DNA of 64,000 bases from Bacilli bacterium (GTDB taxonomy: Bacteria; Bacillota_I; Bacilli_A; RFN20; CAG-826): the NCBI GenBank assembly GCA_035647455.1, contig DASRNI010000028.1, forward strand, positions 138,736 to 202,735, written 5' to 3'. The translations under genes were made by a program, and so were the position numbers. Each line of letters begins with the position of its first letter. The stretch's first letter is position 1. Below, in pieces: positions 53,614 through 60,675 of this stretch. The notes beneath the pieces were generated by a model, which was not told the origin of the DNA, searched no databases, and worked only from the letters and a program-made list of their open reading frames with translations.

Positions 53614-54466
53614 TACGTCTGTTTACATTTTTAACATTTATCAAATTAGTTTATATGTCCGAGATACTTTGCATTACACTGTTCCCGGTCGTGATGAAAC
53701 TTATTTAACGGAACATTACAAAAGAAGAGGTGAAAGTTTAAAAAGGTTAACTGGTGAAGGAACCCCTTTTGCGTCGTTTTTGCGCGCTAATGAGGATAAA
53801 TCACCAAAAATTACTGAAAGTATTAATCGCCTAATTAATGACATTTACGGCGAAGATTCACGAATCATGCGCGTTGTTGGCGACTTAGTTGAAGTTGATC
53901 ACAGCCAACATATTTTAATTTATGAATTAGTTCTTGGTATTTATCAAACGATTGATGATATTATGCGCGGTTATATTGCTCATGCCAAAAAAGACAATAC
54001 ATTTGAACAAGAAATTGAAGATGTTGTCAATGCCGGGGAATATTATTTTCGTGCTTTAGCGCATCACGCGATTGTCGGTGATGTTGCAAAGTTTTATTTT
54101 GAATATTCACAAGCGATGCACGAAGCTAAGGGGCAAAAAAACCCTGTTGCCCAGTTTATTTCTGAAGACATAAAGAAACTTTATGATTTCGTTAGGTTTA
54201 TGAGTAAATACAATAAAGTTAAAGATGCAACTTATTGGGCAATGGCTGATGAAGTTAATGCAGTTTTAACACAAATTACAGGAGAAAGAGCAATCCCTGA
54301 AGGGAAAACAATTCCTGAAATTTTTAACGATATTGGGCAGACAACACTCCGTGTTTTACAAGATGCCGAAAGAAAGTGGCATACAGTGTTTGTCCCACTC
54401 CACAATGAATATATGGAATATATTAAAAAGCAAATTCAAAAGAAAGAAAATGATAAGGAAGGATAA
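53606..54466 (+). CDS. Hypothetical protein (no family recognised)
   Basis: 286-aa ORF. 8-nt overlap with the Cof stop and a 2-nt gap to degV. Predicted soluble with helix-favouring composition. Confidence 0.5.
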   Translation: MNSTSVYIFNIYQISLYVRDTLHYTVPGRDETYLTEHYKRRGESLKRLTGEGTPFASFLRANEDKSPKITESINRLINDIYGEDSRIMRVVGDLVEVDHSQHILIYELVLGIYQTIDDIMRGYIAHAKKDNTFEQEIEDVVNAGEYYFRALAHHAIVGDVAKFYFEYSQAMHEAKGQKNPVAQFISEDIKKLYDFVRFMSKYNKVKDATYWAMADEVNAVLTQITGERAIPEGKTIPEIFNDIGQTTLRVLQDAERKWHTVFVPLHNEYMEYIKKQIQKKENDKEG

Positions 54467-54468
54467 TT

Positions 54469-55329
54469 ATGTATAAAATCGGTTATATTTTTGACTCTAC
54501 GGCAATTATTCAAAATGAATTAATTAAGAAATACGATATTTCTTTCGTTTCACTAAACATTAGTGCTGACGAAAAAGAGTTCAAAGCACTCGAAATTGAC
54601 GAAGAACAATTCAAAAAAGATTTTGATAGTTATAGCAACATTAAAAGTGCCTCCCCAAACCCATACGACTTTGAAGTCGCAATTATGGAAAAGTTTAAGA
54701 AAGGTTATGAGCAAGTTGTCATCGTTACGCTTTCAAGTAAGATTAGCACAACGTACGATGTTGCCCTTTTAGCGATTAACGACATTCCAAGTGAATATCG
54801 TGACAAAGTTTTTGTCCACGATTCGCTTTTAGGGAGTGTAGGTATGGATCCACTTGTTGCTTCAATGGACGCAGTTATGGCCGAAGACCCTGATGCAACA
54901 GTTATTATTGAAGAATTCGAAAAAAGACGTCCGAACAGTTCCGTCCTTTTTGAAATTAATGATCTTAAACACCTTTTTAAAGGTGGTCGACTTAGTATCT
55001 TAAAGTATTTTATTAGTGTCGCACTTAAAATCAAACCACTCGTCGCTTTCCGTGGTGGCAAGTTAAGTGTGATTGGTAAAAATCGCAATCGTAACAAAAC
55101 ACTCGATATTCTTTTTGAACAAATAGAAGAATTGAAAACAAAATTCAAAAATGTTTTTGTCGGCCTGTTTTCTTATGATCCGGAAGATAGTGCTTATAAT
55201 AAACTTTACAAAACAATTACAGAACGCTGGCCCGCAATTAAAATTGTTATTACAACAAGAATTTGTCCTGTTTACATGACACACGTTGGAATTGAAGGCT
55301 ATGCTTTAAGTATTGTTGCATTTGATTAG
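54469..55329 (+). CDS. degV: DegV-family fatty-acid-binding protein
   Basis: 286 aa. Typical N-terminus IGYIFDSTA and S-rich core (TLSSKISTTYD). Confidence 0.85.
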   Translation: MYKIGYIFDSTAIIQNELIKKYDISFVSLNISADEKEFKALEIDEEQFKKDFDSYSNIKSASPNPYDFEVAIMEKFKKGYEQVVIVTLSSKISTTYDVALLAINDIPSEYRDKVFVHDSLLGSVGMDPLVASMDAVMAEDPDATVIIEEFEKRRPNSSVLFEINDLKHLFKGGRLSILKYFISVALKIKPLVAFRGGKLSVIGKNRNRNKTLDILFEQIEELKTKFKNVFVGLFSYDPEDSAYNKLYKTITERWPAIKIVITTRICPVYMTHVGIEGYALSIVAFD

Positions 55330-55339
55330 GAGGGAAAAA

Positions 55340-55684
55340 ATGAAAAAACGTAAAATTAACACAACTGAATTAGTACTCTACATTATGTTTGGTCTTGTTG
55401 CCATTGGCGGTCTTGTTTTAGTGACGCTAGGAATGATTGGTGAATATATTAATGTTCATCATAATGTCTTACGCGATGCTGACATTAAATTTGCCGAAGC
55501 AATGAAAATGTCCTTTGTTGTCTTTGGTTCATTATTAGTGTTTGTCGGTGCAGTAGCAGCCTCAATTACATTAGCAACATTTGGTCACCGTGCCGAACTT
55601 GAAAGCGACCGTAGAGCCCGTCGTTTACAACGTCTTGCGCTTGAAGATGTGCAAGAATCAGTTGAAGAATCTAAGATAGACTAA
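55340..55684 (+). CDS. Small two-TM membrane protein with a charged C-terminal tail
   Basis: AGGAGGG SD before ATG 55340. TM helices LVLYIMFGLVAIGGLVLVTLGMI and FVVFGSLLVFVGAVAASITLATF. Confidence 0.55.
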   Translation: MKKRKINTTELVLYIMFGLVAIGGLVLVTLGMIGEYINVHHNVLRDADIKFAEAMKMSFVVFGSLLVFVGAVAASITLATFGHRAELESDRRARRLQRLALEDVQESVEESKID

Positions 55685-56537
55685 TTATTTTTTCGCGATA
55701 TTCATGGGCGAAGTTTAAATAATTGTTTGCATATTTTTCAAAATCAATTTGTAATGCAGTGCTTTGTCCAATATTATGTTTGTATAAGGCGACAAGGTGC
55801 CATTGTAATACTTGAAACATCCGATAAAAATAAAGCCGGCGATAATCTTGATCAGTTGCCGGTTTTTTTAAATAATACGGCAGTAAATTTAAAGCATCGT
55901 TAAAATCAATATTGCCAAAGCCAGCAATATCGATAAAAGGATCATTCATTCCAGCAAACTCAAAGTCGACTAAAAAGTAGCCACGTGGTCCGCGGATGAT
56001 GTTCGTCCGTTGGACATCGCCATGGGTAAATATTTTTGCGATTTTTGCGTAAGTTGCTTTGTACTCATTTAACCAAAACGCTTTTAATTCGTAATATAAC
56101 GGTGAAAGGCTGTCAACAAGTTTTTCATAACGCGTAAAACGTCCAACTAAATCGTAATCAATTCCTTCAATTTTCGTTGCATGTAATTCACGGAGTAGTC
56201 GGGCAACATTTTCTAAGTCATGGGCATTTAGTGAATTTGCTAAATTTTCGCCCGGGATATATTCGGCAATTTTATTGCCGCTTTCTAAATTGTAATATAA
56301 AGTTTTGCTTGTTAATAAAAACGGTTCCACTAAATGAAGGTGGAGTTTCTCCCCTGGATAAGAGACGAATTCACGGCCTGTTTGGTTGGCAATGCGAACA
56401 ACATAGTCCGTGCCATTCACAATTACATGGTAAGTAAAGTTACTCATTCCGCCGAGAAATCGCTCTTTAATTTCGAGTGTATAATCTTCCGTTTGTAAGT
56501 AATCGATAAAAACTTCTTTAATTTGTTTTGTATGCAT
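55671..56537 (-). CDS. Choline/ethanolamine-kinase / aminoglycoside-phosphotransferase-fold kinase
   Basis: Brenner-type catalytic loop FTHGDVQRTNII and DFEFAGMNDPFIDIA. Confidence 0.75.
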   Translation of the reverse strand: MHTKQIKEVFIDYLQTEDYTLEIKERFLGGMSNFTYHVIVNGTDYVVRIANQTGREFVSYPGEKLHLHLVEPFLLTSKTLYYNLESGNKIAEYIPGENLANSLNAHDLENVARLLRELHATKIEGIDYDLVGRFTRYEKLVDSLSPLYYELKAFWLNEYKATYAKIAKIFTHGDVQRTNIIRGPRGYFLVDFEFAGMNDPFIDIAGFGNIDFNDALNLLPYYLKKPATDQDYRRLYFYRMFQVLQWHLVALYKHNIGQSTALQIDFEKYANNYLNFAHEYREKIISLS

Positions 56538-56543
56538 AGTTAC

Positions 56544-56549
56544 ATTTTA
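56544..56549 (-). promoter_or_regulatory. -10 element placed for leaderless kinase mRNA
   Basis: The minus strand reads TAAAAT, then 6 nt (gtaact), then ATG (56537). No SD. Confidence 0.4.
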
Positions 56550-56585
56550 GTATATTATATTATTTTTTGTTAAAATAAGGCATAT

Positions 56586-56661
56586 GCGCTGGTAGCTCAG
56601 TGGATAGAGCAATCGCCTCCTAAGCGATAGGTCGGAGGTTTGAATCCTCTCTAGCGCGCCA
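56586..56661 (+). tRNA. tRNA-Arg (anticodon CCU), CCA encoded
   Basis: GCGCTGGTAGCTCAGTGGATAGAGCAATCGC CTCCTAA GCGAT..GGTTTGAATCC..CTAGCGCGCCA. Confidence 0.9.
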
Positions 56662-56666
56662 AAATT

Positions 56667-57020
56667 ATGCGACAAAAAAGACATTACTTAAATTTAAATT
56701 CTCGGCCTTTTTCTTTAATTGCAAACGGCGAAAAGAGCGTAGAAATGCGACTTTTTGATGAGAAACGACAAAAGATTGCCGTTGGTGATGAACTTGTTTT
56801 TAAAAATATAGTGACAAAAGAAACATTAAACGTGGTAGTTGAAAAACTTGAACGATACCATTCTTTTCAAGCACTTTACGCGCAAATTCCGCAAACTTTG
56901 CTTGGTTATAAAAATGGCGAAGCAGCGGATTATCGTGATATGTATACGTATTACACACGTGAAGCAGAAAAAAATTATGGCGTTCTCGCGATTTATATAA
57001 GGAAAACGTTTGACAAATAA
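56667..57020 (+). CDS. ASCH-domain protein
   Basis: 117 aa. The GxKxxExR signature reads NGEKSVEMRL. Small beta-barrel-sized protein. ATG lies 5 nt after the tRNA-Arg CCA. Confidence 0.72.
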   Translation: MRQKRHYLNLNSRPFSLIANGEKSVEMRLFDEKRQKIAVGDELVFKNIVTKETLNVVVEKLERYHSFQALYAQIPQTLLGYKNGEAADYRDMYTYYTREAEKNYGVLAIYIRKTFDK

Positions 57021-57039
57021 CAACGTTATCAACTATTAT
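57010..57039 (+). promoter_or_regulatory. Sigma-70-type promoter of tRNA-Ala, overlapping the end of the ASCH CDS
   Basis: TTGACA (57010-57015), 18 nt, TATTAT (57034-57039). Confidence 0.45.
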
Positions 57040-57052
57040 AATAAGGCGATGT

Positions 57053-57128
57053 GGGGCTGTAGCTCACTTGGGAGAGCGCTTCCATGGCATGGAAGAGGTA
57101 ACGAGTTCGATCCTCGTCAGCTCCACCA
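57053..57128 (+). tRNA. tRNA-Ala (anticodon GGC), CCA encoded
   Basis: GGGGCTGTAGCTCACTTGGGAGAGCGCTTCC ATGGCAT GGAAG..GTTCGATCC..CAGCTCCACCA. The G3:U70 identity pair is present. Confidence 0.9.
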
Positions 57129-57142
57129 CAAAACAAAAACTT

Positions 57143-57176
57143 CCTTCATAACTTAGACTTATGAGGGATTTTTTAT
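57143..57176 (+). terminator. Intrinsic terminator after tRNA-Ala
   Basis: CCTTCATAA cttagac TTATGAGGG (one G-U pair) followed by ATTTTTT. Confidence 0.55.
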
Positions 57177-57187
57177 AACGGTAATAA

Positions 57188-57196
57188 TGTTAAAAT
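57188..57196 (+). promoter_or_regulatory. Extended -10 element placed for a leaderless membrane-protein mRNA
   Basis: TGtTAAAAT, then 5 nt (aaagt), then ATG 57202. No SD. Confidence 0.4.
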
Positions 57197-57201
57197 AAAG
57201 T

Positions 57202-57684
57202 ATGCAAATTTTATTAGCGTTAATGCTTACACTTTTTATTGAAACAATTATTTATTTTTTCTATAAGCCATTTAATGTTCGCGCGGTCGTTATTGTTGTG
57301 ATTATGAATATTATTTTGAATTTAACAATGAATTTATTACTCCGCTTTAATCCGTTTATTGCTTCGACGTATACACGGTGGGTTATTGCGCTTGTTATTG
57401 CAGAAATTCTGATTGTGATTATCGAAGCATTTATACTTTATTTCCTAATTGATAAAAAAAAGTGGCGCAGCATCATCTTTTCTGTGAGCGCTAATGGTGC
57501 TTCGCTTGCACTAGGAACAGTATTAATTACACTTGATATTATAAATACCCAAGGGGCAGCGTTAATCGTGACGGTTATTTTCGCTTTCTTGCTCGGTCTC
57601 TTTTTTGCGGGCACGATTCTTTTTAACGAGATATATCGTAAGAACAGCTATGCCAATCGGCACACCAATAACGAAAACAACTAA
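57202..57684 (+). CDS. Hypothetical polytopic membrane protein
   Basis: 160 aa with four to five hydrophobic helices. The 3' end overlaps the convergent gene by 123 nt. Confidence 0.5.
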   Translation: MQILLALMLTLFIETIIYFFYKPFNVRAVVIVVIMNIILNLTMNLLLRFNPFIASTYTRWVIALVIAEILIVIIEAFILYFLIDKKKWRSIIFSVSANGASLALGTVLITLDIINTQGAALIVTVIFAFLLGLFFAGTILFNEIYRKNSYANRHTNNENN

Positions 57685-58386
57685 TGTGGAGAAAAGAAGC
57701 GCGACAAATAAAAACATGCCCCAATTAAGACCGCCACTACGTTTACGTCCAAGTACATTATAAAAATCTAAAAATTCAATATCATCGGCATCGACTTTTT
57801 CAGTTGCTTTAAAATATACTTTTTTCATACTGCTTGGTTGCATGTACTGTGTATAGATTTCGTCATTATATTTATACGTAACAATTAATTCAGAAGTATA
57901 ATCTTCGTCACGTTCATAATCAACACTAAAGGAATATTCGTAATATACACCCCAATAGTTACGATTGAAGGAGTCTTCTTCGTATCGCGTAAAATCGGTG
58001 ATATTCGAAAAAGTTGTTTTATGAACATTATTTACATAAGCGTAAATACCGAGTTCATAATCAGTCAGTGGAAATTCAGTTGAAGCAACGAATATTAACT
58101 CTTTTGTTCCGCTAGGCAAAACGACGTCTCTTTGTGGATGTGAATTATGGAGATAAATATTATTAACTGTAAACTTTAAATGCGCATTATAGAGATCAAT
58201 ATAACCTTCGCCCGTATTTGTGATTTCGGTTTTATATAAATAATATTCATTATCTTGCTCAACTGTCAGCGGTGTTGCAGTGTAATCTTCGTAATAATCA
58301 GGATAAGGATAAGGTGACGGAGCATTGCTCATTAAAAAAGGAGCAAGGAAGACAAATAAAAGCAATAATGTCCATGATTTTTTCAT
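57562..58386 (-). CDS. Hypothetical secreted Tyr-rich protein with a C-terminal TM anchor
   Basis: Signal-peptide-like N-terminus MKKSWTLLLLFVFLAPFLMSNA. Tyr/Glu/Asn-rich ectodomain of about 200 aa. C-terminal helix FLFVALLFSTLVVFVIGVPIGIAVLTIYLV followed by a basic/acidic tail. Confidence 0.55.
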   Translation of the reverse strand: MKKSWTLLLLFVFLAPFLMSNAPSPYPYPDYYEDYTATPLTVEQDNEYYLYKTEITNTGEGYIDLYNAHLKFTVNNIYLHNSHPQRDVVLPSGTKELIFVASTEFPLTDYELGIYAYVNNVHKTTFSNITDFTRYEEDSFNRNYWGVYYEYSFSVDYERDEDYTSELIVTYKYNDEIYTQYMQPSSMKKVYFKATEKVDADDIEFLDFYNVLGRKRSGGLNWGMFLFVALLFSTLVVFVIGVPIGIAVLTIYLVKKNRARKKETEQESENNRHD

Positions 58387-58392
58387 ATTAAC

Positions 58393-58401
58393 ATTATAAC
58401 A
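58393..58401 (-). promoter_or_regulatory. Extended -10 element placed for leaderless mRNA of the secreted protein
   Basis: The minus strand reads TGtTATAAT, then 6 nt (gttaat), then ATG (58386). No SD. Confidence 0.45.
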
Positions 58402-58497
58402 AAGTTAATCAAGGGTGGTAAAATGAAATAGTGAAAGCTAATACAATATCAATAATGATAAAAATGATATAATTAACTTTAAATGTGAGGTGAATTT

Positions 58498-59319
58498 GTG
58501 TTTTTAATTGATCAACTTAGTAAAAATGATATTTGGATTATCGTAATTGGAATGGCATTACCATTTTTAGCAACAGTGCTTGGTGCAGCCGTCGTCTTTT
58601 TTATCCGTGGTGAAATTGATCGAAAAACGAACTCAGTTTTACTCGGTTTTGCTGCGGGAATTATGGTGGCGGCGTCAATTTGGTCACTCATTATGCCAAG
58701 TTACGAAATGGCGGGAGAAAACTGGGGCGAGAACTTCGCTCTTGTTCCGGTTACTATTGGTTTTATCCTTGGTGCGCTGTTAATGTATGGTACAGATAAA
58801 CTTGTTCCGCATATTCATAAAACTTCAAATATTGAAGAAGGGATTAAAACGAAGAAGTTAAGTCGCGAAGCAAAACTTTTCTTTGCGATGACTATTCACA
58901 ATATTCCTGAAGGATTAGCCGTTGGATTCGCTTTTGCTGTTGCTGCTAAAGGTGGCGGCGGACTTACGATTTTAGGCGCGCTTGCTTTAGCAATAGGAAT
59001 TTCACTCCAAGACATCCCCGAAGGCGCGGCTGTTTCGTTGCCAATGGCGCAAAGTGCGGGGACGAAAAAGAAAGCTTTTCTTTACGGTGTTTTAAGCGCT
59101 GTTGTTGAACCAATTGGAGCAATTGCTGCTTTCTTCTTTGCAACATTTTTTGCCGATTTATTACCGTGGTTCTTAAGTTTTGCCGCCGGGGCAATGATGT
59201 ACGTTGTAATTGAAGAACTTATTCCAGAAGCAAAACTTAGTGAAGATAATCATCTTGGCACATTTGCCGTTCTTGGCGGATTTGTTTTAATGATGGTTTT
59301 AGATTTATTACTTGGTTAG
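58498..59319 (+). CDS. zupT: ZIP-family divalent metal transporter (ZupT-like)
   Basis: GTG start after a GAGGTG SD. HNIPEGLAVG and QDIPEGAAV motifs. Polytopic. Confidence 0.85.
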   Translation: MFLIDQLSKNDIWIIVIGMALPFLATVLGAAVVFFIRGEIDRKTNSVLLGFAAGIMVAASIWSLIMPSYEMAGENWGENFALVPVTIGFILGALLMYGTDKLVPHIHKTSNIEEGIKTKKLSREAKLFFAMTIHNIPEGLAVGFAFAVAAKGGGGLTILGALALAIGISLQDIPEGAAVSLPMAQSAGTKKKAFLYGVLSAVVEPIGAIAAFFFATFFADLLPWFLSFAAGAMMYVVIEELIPEAKLSEDNHLGTFAVLGGFVLMMVLDLLLG

Positions 59320-59838
59320 TTAGTTTAATTTTAAATATTGCAGGCGAATTGTATCACTAATCTTTTTGCTTGTTTTGAAACTAAATTTCTTAAATAGTTT
59401 ATCACTCTCGTGATTTATCGTGTAGGCATAAATTGTTAGCGGACGTGCCTTGGTTTGAAGTTTCGAAATCACTACTTGCATCAAATTAGTGGCAACTTTT
59501 TTTCTTTGATATTTCTTGTTTACGGCGATTGAGATAACTAAATACGGGTTATTTGGCCTATTTACAATATCCTTACCTGTTATATTATCGTCATAAAGCA
59601 GCGGACTATTTTTAATTTTTTCTTCAAGCTCGTGCGAAACTGGAAAGAAACAGATGTAACCAATTAAATTATTTTCCGATTCATAACGATAAATAAACAT
59701 TTCCGGATATGCTTCAAAACGTGGTTTAACAGTTAGGGTTGTACCTTGAAAACTTCGGGGATAAAGTGCGGCATCTAACGCCAAAACATCGCGGAGTAAT
59801 TCTTCGTCATATTTTATTGATTGTAAATATATGCCCAT
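59320..59838 (-). CDS. GNAT-family N-acetyltransferase
   Basis: 172 aa. Acetyl-CoA motif region ISIAVNKKYQRKKVATNLM. The stop abuts the zupT stop with no gap. Confidence 0.65.
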   Translation of the reverse strand: MGIYLQSIKYDEELLRDVLALDAALYPRSFQGTTLTVKPRFEAYPEMFIYRYESENNLIGYICFFPVSHELEEKIKNSPLLYDDNITGKDIVNRPNNPYLVISIAVNKKYQRKKVATNLMQVVISKLQTKARPLTIYAYTINHESDKLFKKFSFKTSKKISDTIRLQYLKLN

Positions 59839-59844
59839 TATTTT

Positions 59845-59853
59845 ATTTTACCA
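59845..59853 (-). promoter_or_regulatory. Extended -10 element placed for leaderless GNAT mRNA
   Basis: The minus strand reads TGgTAAAAT, then 6 nt (aaaata), then ATG (59838). No SD. Confidence 0.45.
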
Positions 59854-59891
59854 TCGGCAAGATTATAATCTTATTAATGTCATAAGTGTAA

Positions 59892-59919
59892 TAAAAAAAG
59901 CTCTTATGGTTTAAGAGCT
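59892..59919 (-). terminator. Intrinsic terminator after the isochorismatase-family gene
   Basis: AGCTCTTA / TAAGAGCT hairpin. On the minus strand it is followed by TTTTTT. Confidence 0.6.
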
Positions 59920-59941
59920 AATTAGTTTTTAAAGTTACTAA

Positions 59942-60466
59942 TTAAATAACTGTAACTTGGAGTCCTTCAAGGACATTAAGTGTTTCGCGGTGTAATTTTT
60001 TGTCGTAACTATTAACGCCGCTTTTATAAACTTTAATTAACGCTTCTGGTAATGCGGTTTTTGCAAGAACAGCTTGGCTAACAATACAAATATTTGTTAC
60101 TAAACCAACAAGAACAATTTCACTATAATTTTCTTTACTAATATCATTAGCAAATTCAAGTGAACCAAAAGCAATCTTTTCGTAAACTTTTTTAGCATCT
60201 TTTACGTATTCTGCAGGTTTGCCGTGGACATCATGTCCCGGTGTGCCTTTAATACAATGAATAATTGGTAAGTTGCGTCCTTCCTGCGTTTCCAAGTAGT
60301 TAGCGAAGTGCGTATCTTTCGTAAAAACGATGTCGTCTCCATTTGCCGTAAACTCTTCTAACAATTTAACGATCGTTGCTTCAACGTCTTTTGCATCGCT
60401 AAAACCAAGAGCACCAGTCACAAAGTCATTTTGATAATCAATGACAACAAGTAATTTCTTATCCAT
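59942..60466 (-). CDS. pncA: Isochorismatase-family cysteine hydrolase (nicotinamidase PncA-like)
   Basis: LLVVIDYQNDFV (catalytic Asp), a K in the middle, and VGLVTNICIVSQA (catalytic Cys). Confidence 0.78.
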   Translation of the reverse strand: MDKKLLVVIDYQNDFVTGALGFSDAKDVEATIVKLLEEFTANGDDIVFTKDTHFANYLETQEGRNLPIIHCIKGTPGHDVHGKPAEYVKDAKKVYEKIAFGSLEFANDISKENYSEIVLVGLVTNICIVSQAVLAKTALPEALIKVYKSGVNSYDKKLHRETLNVLEGLQVTVI

Positions 60467-60482
60467 ATTTTCCTCCTCATCA

Positions 60483-60573
60483 TGGCGGAGAAAGAGGGAT
60501 TTGAACCCTCGCGAGGATTGCTCCTCCTATCGGTTTTCGAGACCGACCCCTTCAGCCGCTTGGGTATTTCTCC
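60483..60573 (-). tRNA. tRNA-Ser (anticodon CGA), CCA encoded
   Basis: Reverse complement: GGAGAAATACCCAAGCGGCTGAAGGGGTCGGT CTCGAAA ACCGA..long variable arm..GGTTCAAATCC..TTTCTCCGCCA. Confidence 0.9.
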
Positions 60574-60675
60574 GTGCCTTTAATTATAACAAATAAAACA
60601 ATTAAAATACATTACAGCAATTAATTATAAACGACAAAAAAATCGATATCGTGTATAATATACACGGTATTTGAT

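Noticed and set aside
58387-58497. Zur/metal-regulator box upstream of the ZIP transporter gene
   Set aside because: The gap contains only a short inverted repeat (TTAAC..GTTAA) and a direct AATGATA repeat. Nothing resembles the AAATCGTAATNATTACGATTT-type Zur box.
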